Both the position numbers and the translations under genes were made by a program. The notes under the pieces were generated by a model, which worked only from the letters and a program-made list of their open reading frames with translations, made no database searches and was not told the DNA's origin. Shown here in pieces: positions 7,490-16,941 of a stretch of 37,836 nucleotides of DNA (position 1 is its first letter; each line of letters begins with the position of its first letter). Source of the stretch: Nitrospirota bacterium (lineage in GTDB: Bacteria; Nitrospirota; Thermodesulfovibrionia; Thermodesulfovibrionales; Dissulfurispiraceae); contig JBBIIV010000002.1 in assembly GCA_037446295.1 (NCBI GenBank), forward strand, positions 1 to 37,836, written 5' to 3'.

Positions 7490-10400
7490 ATGACGAAAAA
7501 AATAATTGTAGTATCACTTTTATCTATAATACTTCTATCCGCCTTTTTCTTCCTGCGTAGTTCTTATATATCGGATACCCTCAAGAGCCTTATATTGCCG
7601 GAGATAGAGAAAACCATAAATAAAAAGGTGACCATTGACAAGATATATATCAATTTTTTCCCTCTTTTTCTCGGCGTAAATGATTTAAAGATATATGAAA
7701 ATGTTGATGATAAAGAGATTCTCCACGCTAAAAGGATAAAAGGATATATAGGTTTCTTTGAGCTTTTCGGCAAAAGAATCGCTATAAAGAGGCTGTCTAT
7801 AAAGGAGCCTGTTATTGACTTGGAGAAGAAGAAGCTCGAAGAAATCATCGCCTCCTTTGATGAACAAAAGACCGAAGAAAAAGATAAACCTGTGGTTGTA
7901 ACAATTAAATCTGTACAGATAGACAACGGAAGCATCTCTCTCAGGGATGATAACCGTTTATTATCCCTTTATGGTATGAATACAGATATTTTGGTTTCTG
8001 GCACGCCGGAAGTCAGGGTTTCCGTTGAAAAGGCGCATTTTTCAAAAGATAAGGACTTAAATCTCGACGGAAGGGTTGCATTACGTTTTATTTATAAAAA
8101 CAATAACATAGACTTGAAATCCTTAAAGGTTACTGTAACTAATTCTGAGTTGAACGCAACAGGGACTTTCGATGTCGGCAAGTCATCCGGCGAATTGAAA
8201 ACCGAGGTTAACCTGCTTATCGATTCCTTAAAGAATGCATTCGGGCTCATCAATAAAGGAGACGGTTTTTTATCTGCCAAAGGTAATATCAAAGCGGTCG
8301 ACCTAAAAGCAGGATTCAAGGATATCTTTCTTGATCTAAAGGTAAAGGGAGATCTTTATCTCGAAACATTGATGGAATTGTTGAGGGTGAAGGAACCGCT
8401 CTATGGCAGAATAAGTTTCAACGGTGATGTAAAAGGACAACTGAAAGACATTCATGGCAGCGCAGACGCAGAACTCAAGAATGGAAGCCTATTCAGGGTT
8501 GACATTGACAAGCTGAACTGCAAGGTTGAATATGCGGGAGGCAAGATGAAATTCACAAAAGGGATTGCCTCTCTTTATGATGGAAGCGCAATGGCTGAAG
8601 CAGTTATAAACCTGCCGGTGGTTAATCATTTCACATTTAAGGTCACAGCTAAAGATGTTTCCAGCAAGAGGATTTTTGAGTTGATAAAATGGGATCCTGG
8701 GTTGCCAGACGGCAAAATCAATGGCGATATATTATCTTCGGGCGGCGTATTCAACCCATATGTGAATTTTATTTACATAAACAAGACTGAAGGCAAGGAT
8801 GTCATTGGAAAGATAAGAGAGATTAAGGGTAATTTAAACATGAAGGACAACTTCATTAGCTTCCCGGATATGACGCTCTCAACACCTAAATCAGACCTCC
8901 GTACAACGGGTTCGGTAGATTTGAAGAATAATAAAATAAGTTTTACAGGAAGCGGCAGGACTTCCGACCTAAAGGAGCTTACAAGTCCATATTTTTCGGC
9001 AGTTTCCGGTTCATGCAGGTTTAATATTTCGCTCTCTGGAAAATTAAGCAATCCTGTTATCGACTTGAACCTTGCATCGGATGCTATGACATTTACAACT
9101 GCAAATCTTGCGATGCCGGATATCTTTAATAACAAGGTCTTTGACTTTAATTCCATAAAATCCACTTTAACTTACGATAAAAATCATCTCTTGCTAAAAG
9201 AGTTCCGCGCACGGAGAAATAATGAGAAATTCACAGCAAAGGGAAACATCTATTTCAAAAAAGCGGCAAAGCTGTTTGAGGTGAGAGAGCCCGATTATAA
9301 TCTAAATATAACCACAGATAACGCCGATATCGAAAATATAACTGGAACAGTCAAAGGACTCCCCAAACTCAAGGGCGCATTGAGCGCCGAATTCGGGATG
9401 AAAGGCGCTGCAGATTCTCTGAGATTTTCCGGCGAATTTAATTCAAAGGGATTTGCTTATATGGATAATTATGTTGCAGACGCATTGCGCGGAAAATTTT
9501 CTTATGCAACAAGGGAATTTCTTATCAGCACCGCAACTATGAAGAAAGGTGATTCCGTTTTGAATCTGAACGGCAGGTTATCATTAGATAAAAGGTTCAC
9601 CCTCAATGCAGAAGGAAAAAAAATAATGATAAGCGATATCCTTTCAGAATCTTTATCAGGAAAATATAAGACGGATACCATAAAGGAACTCTATTTGGAT
9701 AATCTGACAATCAAGGGTGAAGGGCATTTTAATAATCCTAATCTTGAGATGAAAGGCAGCATTTCAGGAAAAAAGAATAGGGTAGGGTGGCTCAGCAAAG
9801 GAAATATTAATGCAAGAATCTCCGGGAAACAAGCGGACATTGATTTATCCTTAATGGACGGAAGGCTGAAGATAACCGGGAAGGCGGGGCTTGGCGAGAA
9901 ACTGCCATGGTCTGCAACTGCTGATATAAAACCGGCGAATTACGCCCCACTCGTTTCAGGTTTTTTAAAGGATGCCCCTGATGACCTACTTATAAACCTG
10001 ACAGGCAAGATAACAGCCAATGGTGATAAGGATAATATAAACGCTGATATCTCTCTGAGCAGGGCGTATGTCTTTTTATACGGGATAGGCCTTGCAAACA
10101 GTTCTGATATACTCGTGAATGTCAAAAACAAAAGTATCGCCATAGGAAGTTTCTCGATGCAAGGGGATGATGCGGAATTCAGCATAAGCGGTAGTGTGGT
10201 CACTGGGAATAAATATGATTTGCTCCTTGAAGGGACTTCATCTGTGGCTCCTCTGAAGGTTCTTTCCAAGGAAATCGAGACCTTGAAAGGCAAGGCTTAC
10301 TTTGTCATATCCTTGTCCGGTGGATGGGAAAAACCGGAAATAAACGGCGGGATAGATTTTACAAACGGGACATTTGCGCTTAAAAGCATTCCCAACAGGT

Positions 10401-11485
10401 TCTCTTCCATTTCAGCCTATCTTTATGTGGATGAAGACAGGATAATTATAAAAAATATAGATGGGAAATTTGCAGGGGGTGATTTTTCCGCATCCGGAAC
10501 TGCTTTCCTTCAAGGCATGAATTTAAAGAACTTTTTCTTAGAGGCTAAACTTAACGATTTAACCATGTCGCGGACGAAGGATCTCTGGGCAAATTTTGAC
10601 GGCATCCTGCATTACCGAGGTTCTTTGAAATCACAGGACTTAACCGGCGATATAAATATAAAAAGGGCGAAGTACTCGCAAAGGATTGAATGGAAAAGCT
10701 GGCTCCTTCAGATTCGCAAGAGAGAAACGGCTAAACTTGATGCATCAAGATTGGGTCAGACCGCTCTTAATGTGAGGGTAAAGGGAGAAAACCTTATAAT
10801 CGACAACAATATAGCCGAGACTACGGCGAAAATGGACATGATCGTTCGAGGGACGATAAACAGGCCGGTTTTACTCGGAAAATTGAATGCAGACAAGGGG
10901 ACTGTATATTTCAGAAATAACGAATTCAAGGTTTTGAAAGCGCGGGTGGATTTTATAGATCCCGAAAAGACGACCCCATACTTTGATATTGTTGCAGAAA
11001 CAAAGGTCAAAAACTATCTTATCAAACTCGGTCTTGACGGCAATTTTGAGCATTTTGACCTCTCCCTCACCTCCGATCCCTATCTGAATGAAAGCGATAC
11101 ATTCAGCCTTCTGACCGTCGGACAGATTGGCAAGCAGATGAAAGGGCTCGAAGGCGGCGTCGGCACAAGCGAGGCCACATCTTTTCTCGCAGGAAAGCTT
11201 CAGGATGTGCTTGAAGAAAGGGTCAAGACCATTACAGGAATAGACAGAATCCAGATTGACCCTCATGTGTCAAAATCAGCGGGCACCGTCACTCCAAGGA
11301 TTACCGTTTCTAAGAAGATTCTTGGGGATAAACTGCATGTAACCTATAGCGCTTCAACAGGTGAGGGTGAAGAGCAGATATGGAAACTTGAATACTTTTT
11401 CGATAAAAATATATCCTTTGTCGGGGTCAGAGATGAAAAGGGAGGGCTTGGAGGAGATGTCAAATTCAGATTTGAATTCAAATAA
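7490..11485 (+). CDS. tamB: translocation and assembly module protein TamB (AsmA-like, C-terminal DUF490-type domain)
   Basis: 1331 aa. Single N-terminal TM anchor (IIVVSLLSIILLSAFFF). Long repetitive beta-rich body. The C-terminal region (RITVSKKILGDKLHVTYSASTG...WKLEYFFDKNISFVGVRDEKGGLGGDVKFRFEF) is typical of the TamB C-terminus. It sits immediately upstream of an Omp85 gene. Confidence 0.8.
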   Translation: MTKKIIVVSLLSIILLSAFFFLRSSYISDTLKSLILPEIEKTINKKVTIDKIYINFFPLFLGVNDLKIYENVDDKEILHAKRIKGYIGFFELFGKRIAIKRLSIKEPVIDLEKKKLEEIIASFDEQKTEEKDKPVVVTIKSVQIDNGSISLRDDNRLLSLYGMNTDILVSGTPEVRVSVEKAHFSKDKDLNLDGRVALRFIYKNNNIDLKSLKVTVTNSELNATGTFDVGKSSGELKTEVNLLIDSLKNAFGLINKGDGFLSAKGNIKAVDLKAGFKDIFLDLKVKGDLYLETLMELLRVKEPLYGRISFNGDVKGQLKDIHGSADAELKNGSLFRVDIDKLNCKVEYAGGKMKFTKGIASLYDGSAMAEAVINLPVVNHFTFKVTAKDVSSKRIFELIKWDPGLPDGKINGDILSSGGVFNPYVNFIYINKTEGKDVIGKIREIKGNLNMKDNFISFPDMTLSTPKSDLRTTGSVDLKNNKISFTGSGRTSDLKELTSPYFSAVSGSCRFNISLSGKLSNPVIDLNLASDAMTFTTANLAMPDIFNNKVFDFNSIKSTLTYDKNHLLLKEFRARRNNEKFTAKGNIYFKKAAKLFEVREPDYNLNITTDNADIENITGTVKGLPKLKGALSAEFGMKGAADSLRFSGEFNSKGFAYMDNYVADALRGKFSYATREFLISTATMKKGDSVLNLNGRLSLDKRFTLNAEGKKIMISDILSESLSGKYKTDTIKELYLDNLTIKGEGHFNNPNLEMKGSISGKKNRVGWLSKGNINARISGKQADIDLSLMDGRLKITGKAGLGEKLPWSATADIKPANYAPLVSGFLKDAPDDLLINLTGKITANGDKDNINADISLSRAYVFLYGIGLANSSDILVNVKNKSIAIGSFSMQGDDAEFSISGSVVTGNKYDLLLEGTSSVAPLKVLSKEIETLKGKAYFVISLSGGWEKPEINGGIDFTNGTFALKSIPNRFSSISAYLYVDEDRIIIKNIDGKFAGGDFSASGTAFLQGMNLKNFFLEAKLNDLTMSRTKDLWANFDGILHYRGSLKSQDLTGDINIKRAKYSQRIEWKSWLLQIRKRETAKLDASRLGQTALNVRVKGENLIIDNNIAETTAKMDMIVRGTINRPVLLGKLNADKGTVYFRNNEFKVLKARVDFIDPEKTTPYFDIVAETKVKNYLIKLGLDGNFEHFDLSLTSDPYLNESDTFSLLTVGQIGKQMKGLEGGVGTSEATSFLAGKLQDVLEERVKTITGIDRIQIDPHVSKSAGTVTPRITVSKKILGDKLHVTYSASTGEGEEQIWKLEYFFDKNISFVGVRDEKGGLGGDVKFRFEFK

Positions 11486-14195
11486 AAAACTCCTGAAAGC
11501 CTTTTGCCATAAAAAAGCTTTTTATTTTTCAATACTGCTTATGTTTTTTCTTTTCTTATTTATGCTTACCTGCAAGTCTGAATCCAGTGCTGTCTCACCC
11601 GACAAATCGCCTGTAGCTAAAATTGAACTAGAAGGGCTTTATTCAATTAAAAAAGAAGAACTCCTAAACCTTCTGGATATCCGCAAAGGGGCTATTCTTG
11701 AAAAAGAGGCTTTGCGAATCGGCATAAAGAGGGCTTTTCTGAAAGGAATTTTTGAAGATATCGTGATAGAGGGTAATGAGGAACTTACAAGTATTCTTGT
11801 TAGGGTTGAAGAAAAAAAGGTGATAGACTGGATTGAGATATCGGGAAATGACTATTTTTCAAAGAGATTTATATTGAGAAATCTGAAGGTAAGTAAAGGC
11901 GAAAGGCTTAATCTCCTGAAGATAAAAGAAGGTGTTACCGCGGTAAGGGAGCAGATGAAAAAGAGGGGTTTCGCCGATTCCAGGATTGAATATTCGATCG
12001 TTTCATTAAAAAACAATAGATGCGGCTTAAGGCTTCAGGTCGATGAGGGCGAACCACAGATAATAAAGAAAATAATAATTTCTGAACTCGATGATACCGT
12101 TAAATCATATTTGAATATGTCGGAAGGAGATATATTCGATATGATAAAGCTGGAAAGACTTGAAAGCAAGGTCTTGAATTACTATAAAAAACATAGATAT
12201 GTAGATACATCATTAAAGTATACATTTAAGGACGGAATTCTTTTCTTTACGCTCAGGAGCGGTCACAAACTTGATATTAATTTTATAGGCAATGATTCAG
12301 TTAAAACAAAAAAATTAATGGAAGAAGCCGTTTTTTATGATATAAACGAATTCAGCAACGACCTTGTAGATGAAATGAAATCAAGGCTGATATCCCTTTA
12401 TCACAAGGAAGGGTTTCCCTTCGCCGAGGTTACCCCGATAGTATCCTCAGGAGATGAATCCGTTGTTCTGGATGTTTATATCTTTGAAGGCATTAGGTAT
12501 AAGGTCAAGGATGTAATGTTTACCGGAGCATCAATTCCGGAAGATAAGCTTAAAGATATTCTTGTATCAAGGAAGGGCGAATATTATAATATTGATATAA
12601 TTGAATCCGATGTGGAAACTCTTACCGAGTTCTATCATTCTCTAGGATATCTTGATGCTGTAGTATCTCAACCTGATATTAAGCTTGCAGATGAAACTGC
12701 TGATATCGAGTTTTTCATATACGAAGGTGCGCAAACAACTATTGCAAAAATCTCCTTTAAAAACAATAAGTCTTTTTCAAATGAAGAGCTTCTTAGTAAG
12801 CTCTCCATTAAACTCGGCAACCCATATAATGAGATAGATGTCGCCGATTCGAGAAGAAATATCCTTAATCTATACAACAGGTCAGGCTTTATTAAAACAA
12901 GGGTTTCGGCTGAAAGCTCCTTTGAAAATAACAACGCAGAGATTGTCTTTTATATTGAGGAGGGTGATATAACCTTCTTCGGTAAGAATGTTATCGTAGG
13001 CAATGAGAGGACAAAATCAAAGGTCATCGAAAGGGAATTGCAGGAAAAGGAAGGTCAGCCCTTTAATTACACTCTGGCGCTGAAAGAGAAGCAGCAAATA
13101 CAGAGGCTTGGTTTATTCACAGACGTAGATTTGAAGCTTTCCGAATATGTAATAGACAACAAGAGGGACGTTGTCTTTCATCTGGACGAAGCGAATCATG
13201 GCGCTGTGGAATTCGGCTTGGGATACGGAGAATATGAGAAATACAGGTTATTTATGGATCTGAGCTATAGAAATCTTTGGGGTATGAACAGGATTGGTTC
13301 ATTCAGGGCTGAGTTAAGCAGTCTCGAACAAAGGCTTATACTAACTTATACCGAACCATGGTTTTTGGACCGTAAGATTGCGCTCAAGTCTTTGATGTTA
13401 TATGAAAACAGAAAGGAAAAAAGCTTAGACACCAAGGAAGTGCTCTATAAATTAAGGCGCAATACCGCTTCTGTCGGTCTGGAAAAAACCTTGAATGAAA
13501 ATATTAAGGCTGACATTTATTATGATTTCTCGGTCGTCAAGACATCCGATGTCAAACCCGATATCATCCTAGGCAGGGAGGATGTAGGAACATTGATAAT
13601 AAGCGGGTTTAGGCCGGGGTTGATATATGATACGAGGGATAATCCATTTGAACCCGGCAAGGGTATTCTTGCAGGCTTGTCCTTCAAGATTGCTTCGGCC
13701 TTGTTCTTTTCCGAGACCGATTTTGCAAAACTCATCTTTTATGGGAACAAATATATAAGATTATCCGAAAGAATCGTTCTCGCATTGTCTTTGAGGGGCG
13801 GTCTATCACAGGGATTCGGGAGCACGACCGAACTTCCTATCGTAGAGAGGTTTTTCCTCGGCGGAAGAACAACTGTGAGAGGGTATGCACAAGATACACT
13901 TGGGCCTAAAGGAGCGGATGGCAACCCTACCGGCGGGAACGCCTTCGCCATGGGTAATATGGAGATGAGGGTTTATTCCGGTAAGGGAATCGGGGTTGTC
14001 GGATTCTTAGACGCCGGAAATGTATGGCAGAAAATCAATCAGGCGGATATTTCCGGCTTTAAATATACGACTGGAATCGGACTAAGATATCAAACCCCTG
14101 CCGGCCCGTTAAGAGTAGATTACGGCTATAAGCTAAACAGGGACATTGGAGAAAGCAAGGGTGAGCTGCATTTCAGCATAGGCCATGCATTTTAA
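11457..14195 (+). CDS. bamA: Omp85-family outer membrane protein assembly factor, BamA-like (about five POTRA repeats plus a 16-strand-type barrel)
   Basis: Repeated POTRA-like units (I.I.GN......I......G......L..D...L...Y...G). Barrel motifs (RNLWGMNR, VERFFLGGRTTVRGY, GGNAFAMGNMEMR, terminal HFSIGHAF). Start placed at ATG 11457 (MSNSD, GGAGGAG just upstream). ATG 11433 is an alternative. It overlaps the tamB stop. Confidence 0.85.
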   Translation: MSNSDLNSNKKLLKAFCHKKAFYFSILLMFFLFLFMLTCKSESSAVSPDKSPVAKIELEGLYSIKKEELLNLLDIRKGAILEKEALRIGIKRAFLKGIFEDIVIEGNEELTSILVRVEEKKVIDWIEISGNDYFSKRFILRNLKVSKGERLNLLKIKEGVTAVREQMKKRGFADSRIEYSIVSLKNNRCGLRLQVDEGEPQIIKKIIISELDDTVKSYLNMSEGDIFDMIKLERLESKVLNYYKKHRYVDTSLKYTFKDGILFFTLRSGHKLDINFIGNDSVKTKKLMEEAVFYDINEFSNDLVDEMKSRLISLYHKEGFPFAEVTPIVSSGDESVVLDVYIFEGIRYKVKDVMFTGASIPEDKLKDILVSRKGEYYNIDIIESDVETLTEFYHSLGYLDAVVSQPDIKLADETADIEFFIYEGAQTTIAKISFKNNKSFSNEELLSKLSIKLGNPYNEIDVADSRRNILNLYNRSGFIKTRVSAESSFENNNAEIVFYIEEGDITFFGKNVIVGNERTKSKVIERELQEKEGQPFNYTLALKEKQQIQRLGLFTDVDLKLSEYVIDNKRDVVFHLDEANHGAVEFGLGYGEYEKYRLFMDLSYRNLWGMNRIGSFRAELSSLEQRLILTYTEPWFLDRKIALKSLMLYENRKEKSLDTKEVLYKLRRNTASVGLEKTLNENIKADIYYDFSVVKTSDVKPDIILGREDVGTLIISGFRPGLIYDTRDNPFEPGKGILAGLSFKIASALFFSETDFAKLIFYGNKYIRLSERIVLALSLRGGLSQGFGSTTELPIVERFFLGGRTTVRGYAQDTLGPKGADGNPTGGNAFAMGNMEMRVYSGKGIGVVGFLDAGNVWQKINQADISGFKYTTGIGLRYQTPAGPLRVDYGYKLNRDIGESKGELHFSIGHAF

Positions 14196-14284
14196 CATGG
14201 AGGGTTGAAAATATTAAGAAATGAGTGGAAAGACAAATAAAATTATCAACAAAATTTTAGGACATATTTTTAGCCGTCACTCCA

Positions 14285-14313
14285 TGCTCGACATGGAATC
14301 GAGGGTTATTAAC
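14285..14313. repeat. short REP-like palindromic unit of the GTCAyTCC...GGAATC type
   Basis: GTCACTCCATGCTCGACATGGAATCGAGG. The TCCATG/CATGGA and CTCGA/TCGAG arms can form alternative hairpins. The GTCAyTCC head resembles the elements at 7182-7328 and 33367-33606. It lies between bamA and the likely true start of the next gene. Confidence 0.35.
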
Positions 14314-14361
14314 AATACCTATATCCCTTTTTCAATACGAATAAGAAAAAAACACTCGCAA

Positions 14362-14871
14362 ATGCTCGGAGAAGGCTTCATTTTTAAGGTATTGCTTTAC
14401 TGCCTATTTTTATCTACGCTTGCAGTTAACGCTTCCTTCGCAATTATCATTGACAGGCTTGCAGCTTATGTCGACGATACCGCTATTACCCTTTCAGAGT
14501 TTGATATTGAATTCCAAAAAATGAGTAAGGCAACCCCGGATATATCGAAAAAAGAGGTCATGGACTCTATAATCAACCGGATATTGCTGATAAAAGAGGC
14601 AAAAAAAATAAGGCTCGACGCCAATACCGAGGACGAGCTTGTAAATCTCTATCTTGATATCAAAATCAGGTCCAGATTATTTGTAAAAGATGAAGAAATC
14701 ATGAACTTCTATAAAGAATATATAGGAGAATTTAAGGGTCAAGATTACCTGCTCGTAAAAGATCAGATAGAGAATTATCTTCTTGAGAAAGAGCTTAATG
14801 ATATCTTAAAGAAACACATTGAAGAATTGAGGCGGAACGCTGAGATAAAGGTATTTATTACAGATAAATAA
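14362..14871 (+). CDS. periplasmic SurA-N-terminal-like chaperone (no PPIase domain)
   Basis: Start moved to ATG 14362, which gives a signal peptide MLGEGFIFKVLLYCLFLSTLAVNASFA. IIDRLAAYVDDTAITLSEFD...INRILLIKEAKK resembles the SurA/PpiD N-terminal chaperone domain. The position after bamA fits an envelope-biogenesis role. Confidence 0.5.
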   Translation: MLGEGFIFKVLLYCLFLSTLAVNASFAIIIDRLAAYVDDTAITLSEFDIEFQKMSKATPDISKKEVMDSIINRILLIKEAKKIRLDANTEDELVNLYLDIKIRSRLFVKDEEIMNFYKEYIGEFKGQDYLLVKDQIENYLLEKELNDILKKHIEELRRNAEIKVFITDK

Positions 14872-15313
14872 TGACGGCGTGCTCGTCGCATTCAGGGAAT
14901 TTTGGACATTTCAGGCAATCGCCCCATATCTTTTGGGGAAGCTTGCTTTTGTCAATATCCTTGAAACCGAGTTTTTTGAAAAAACTGGGTTGGTATGTCA
15001 GGGCAAAAACTTTCTTGATCCCGAGGTTTTTAGCGTCTTTAAGGCACTTCTGAACAAGAACCCTGCCTATGCCGCTTTTCTGGAATTCTTCCTTGACAGC
15101 CAAAGATCTTATTTCTGCAAGATCCTCCCATAAAATCCTTATGGCGCAGACGCCTTTTATAGTTCCATCTTCTTCATATATTACGAAATCCCTTATTCCC
15201 TCATAAAGTTCGTTAAGAGAGCGTGCAAGCATGGTTTCCTGTTTTGCAAACTCGTTGATTAACTTATGTATTTGTTTAATATGCAGGATTTTTGCTTTTT
15301 TGATTTTTGCCAT
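14858..15313 (-). CDS. GNAT-family N-acetyltransferase (short amino-acid N-acetyltransferase/ArgA-like)
   Basis: Acetyl-CoA binding motif (LAVKEEFQKSGIGRVLV). ALTYQPSFFKKLGF. C-terminal KIWGDCLKCPKFPECDE tail. Its 3' end overlaps the convergent gene by 14 nt. Confidence 0.75.
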   Translation of the reverse strand: MAKIKKAKILHIKQIHKLINEFAKQETMLARSLNELYEGIRDFVIYEEDGTIKGVCAIRILWEDLAEIRSLAVKEEFQKSGIGRVLVQKCLKDAKNLGIKKVFALTYQPSFFKKLGFKDIDKSKLPQKIWGDCLKCPKFPECDEHAVIIYL

Positions 15314-15445
15314 GAATGTCCCCTTGTTGACCCTGAATATTCAACTGCCCTCACTATTGGCTATTTGTGAGAAACATTATACCCTTTTCTACAGCGTCAT
15401 GCAACAGATGAATTTTATGTTATCATATTCTTATCGGATGCCATT

Positions 15446-16888
15446 ATGAAGAATTTTCTTCTGAGTTTGTCCATCAACACAAAACTCATAGCAATGATGC
15501 TCTTTATGAGCTTCATTTTAATATCCATCCTTTTGTTTTTTTACCAACGCTCTGAGCAAAAAATATTTAATGAAATAGAAAGGCAGACCGCCGAGCTTAC
15601 CAAAGCGATTCAGGTAGGCGTTGAGGAAGTGACCGCTTACGGCGCTACCGATGAAGCCCGACTGACCAATTATCTGAAAGAGTTAAATGCAAGGGGAATT
15701 CAGGAAATCTCCATTATAAGCAATGAAGACCAGATAATAGCGAGCACAAATACCGCAAGGATAGGCGAACCGATAACGCGCAAGAAAAAAGACTTAATAA
15801 TCAAGGCTGAACTCGGCGATCCTGTCTCTGACGAAGGCAAGACTTATAATGTCATTTTCCCTGTTGTTGTTGGAGGGACAGAGTATGCATATATTCATTA
15901 CGGCTATATACATCTGAAGATTAATAAAGATGACTTTTCTGATTTGCTTGAGACTTCAGCTATTGAAAAGATTGTGGTTACCCTGATGGTTTTTGGAATT
16001 GGCATTATTATGACAATATTTTTCTCAAGGCAATATACCCGTCCTATTCATGATGTGGTTAACGCAGCGATGAATGTGGCAGGTGGAGATTTGAATCAGA
16101 ACTTGCCTATAAGAAGCTCTGATGAGATTGGCAAGCTTTCAACCAGCTTTAATTATATGGTCAATAAATTAAGGGAAAGCAAGATGCTTGAAGAAAAGTT
16201 AAGGGAGGTTGAGCATCTCTCGGCTGTAGGACAGCTATCAAGAAGCATGGCTCATGAGATAAGAAATCCTCTTAATTTTATCAATCTTAGCATTGATTAT
16301 ATCGGAGACAAATATCTCCCAGACGACCCAAAAAATAAAGAGAAATTTAGCAGTCTCGTCAGAGGAATAAAGGAAGAAATTCAGAGGCTCAATAAACTTG
16401 TCAATGAATTTCTTGACTACAGCAAGCCTATTAAGTTAGATATCAGTAAAGTTCAAATCGGCAAGGCTATTAATGACCTTCTTTTGCTTGTTCAAGCAAA
16501 GGCTGAAGCCGAAAAGATTAAGATTATCAAAGAGACTACTGATGATTATGAAATTGGCATAGATCAGGAGCTTATTAAATCGTGTATATTGAATCTTATA
16601 ACAAACGCATTTCACGCAATGGAAAACATTGAACGAGAACATTTTTTAAAAATAAAAACTGCAGTGGATGGTTCGAATTTAATCTTAACCGTTTCAGATA
16701 ACGGCACGGGTGTCTCGCCCGAAAATCTTTCGAAGATATTTGACCCTTTCTTCTCAACAAAGAAAAATGGACTTGGACTCGGTTTGCCATTTACCAAGAG
16801 AGTGGTTGAGGAGCATGGCGGCAGGGTAGAATTTCAAAGCAAATTAAATGAAGGTAGTGAAGCCAGAATAATACTACCACTGGGTTAA
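15446..16888 (+). CDS. sensor histidine kinase (2 TM, periplasmic domain, HAMP, HisKA, HATPase_c)
   Basis: Canonical HAMP (RPIHDVVNAAMNVAGGDLNQNLPIRSSDEIGKLSTSFNYMVNKL). H-box RSMAHEIRNPLN. N box LNLITNAFHA. G boxes DNGTGV and GLGLGL. Confidence 0.85.
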   Translation: MKNFLLSLSINTKLIAMMLFMSFILISILLFFYQRSEQKIFNEIERQTAELTKAIQVGVEEVTAYGATDEARLTNYLKELNARGIQEISIISNEDQIIASTNTARIGEPITRKKKDLIIKAELGDPVSDEGKTYNVIFPVVVGGTEYAYIHYGYIHLKINKDDFSDLLETSAIEKIVVTLMVFGIGIIMTIFFSRQYTRPIHDVVNAAMNVAGGDLNQNLPIRSSDEIGKLSTSFNYMVNKLRESKMLEEKLREVEHLSAVGQLSRSMAHEIRNPLNFINLSIDYIGDKYLPDDPKNKEKFSSLVRGIKEEIQRLNKLVNEFLDYSKPIKLDISKVQIGKAINDLLLLVQAKAEAEKIKIIKETTDDYEIGIDQELIKSCILNLITNAFHAMENIEREHFLKIKTAVDGSNLILTVSDNGTGVSPENLSKIFDPFFSTKKNGLGLGLPFTKRVVEEHGGRVEFQSKLNEGSEARIILPLG

Positions 16889-16941
16889 TTAAATAAATTT
16901 TTGATAATTTATACGTTGTTCTTAATTCGAAAGGAGCTTTT

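Noticed and set aside
11457-11580. A possible lipoprotein signal in the BamA-like protein (FMLTC).
   Set aside because: The -1 residue is Thr and the -3 residue is Met. This is not a canonical lipobox ([LVI][ASTVI][GAS]C). A normal Sec signal is more likely.
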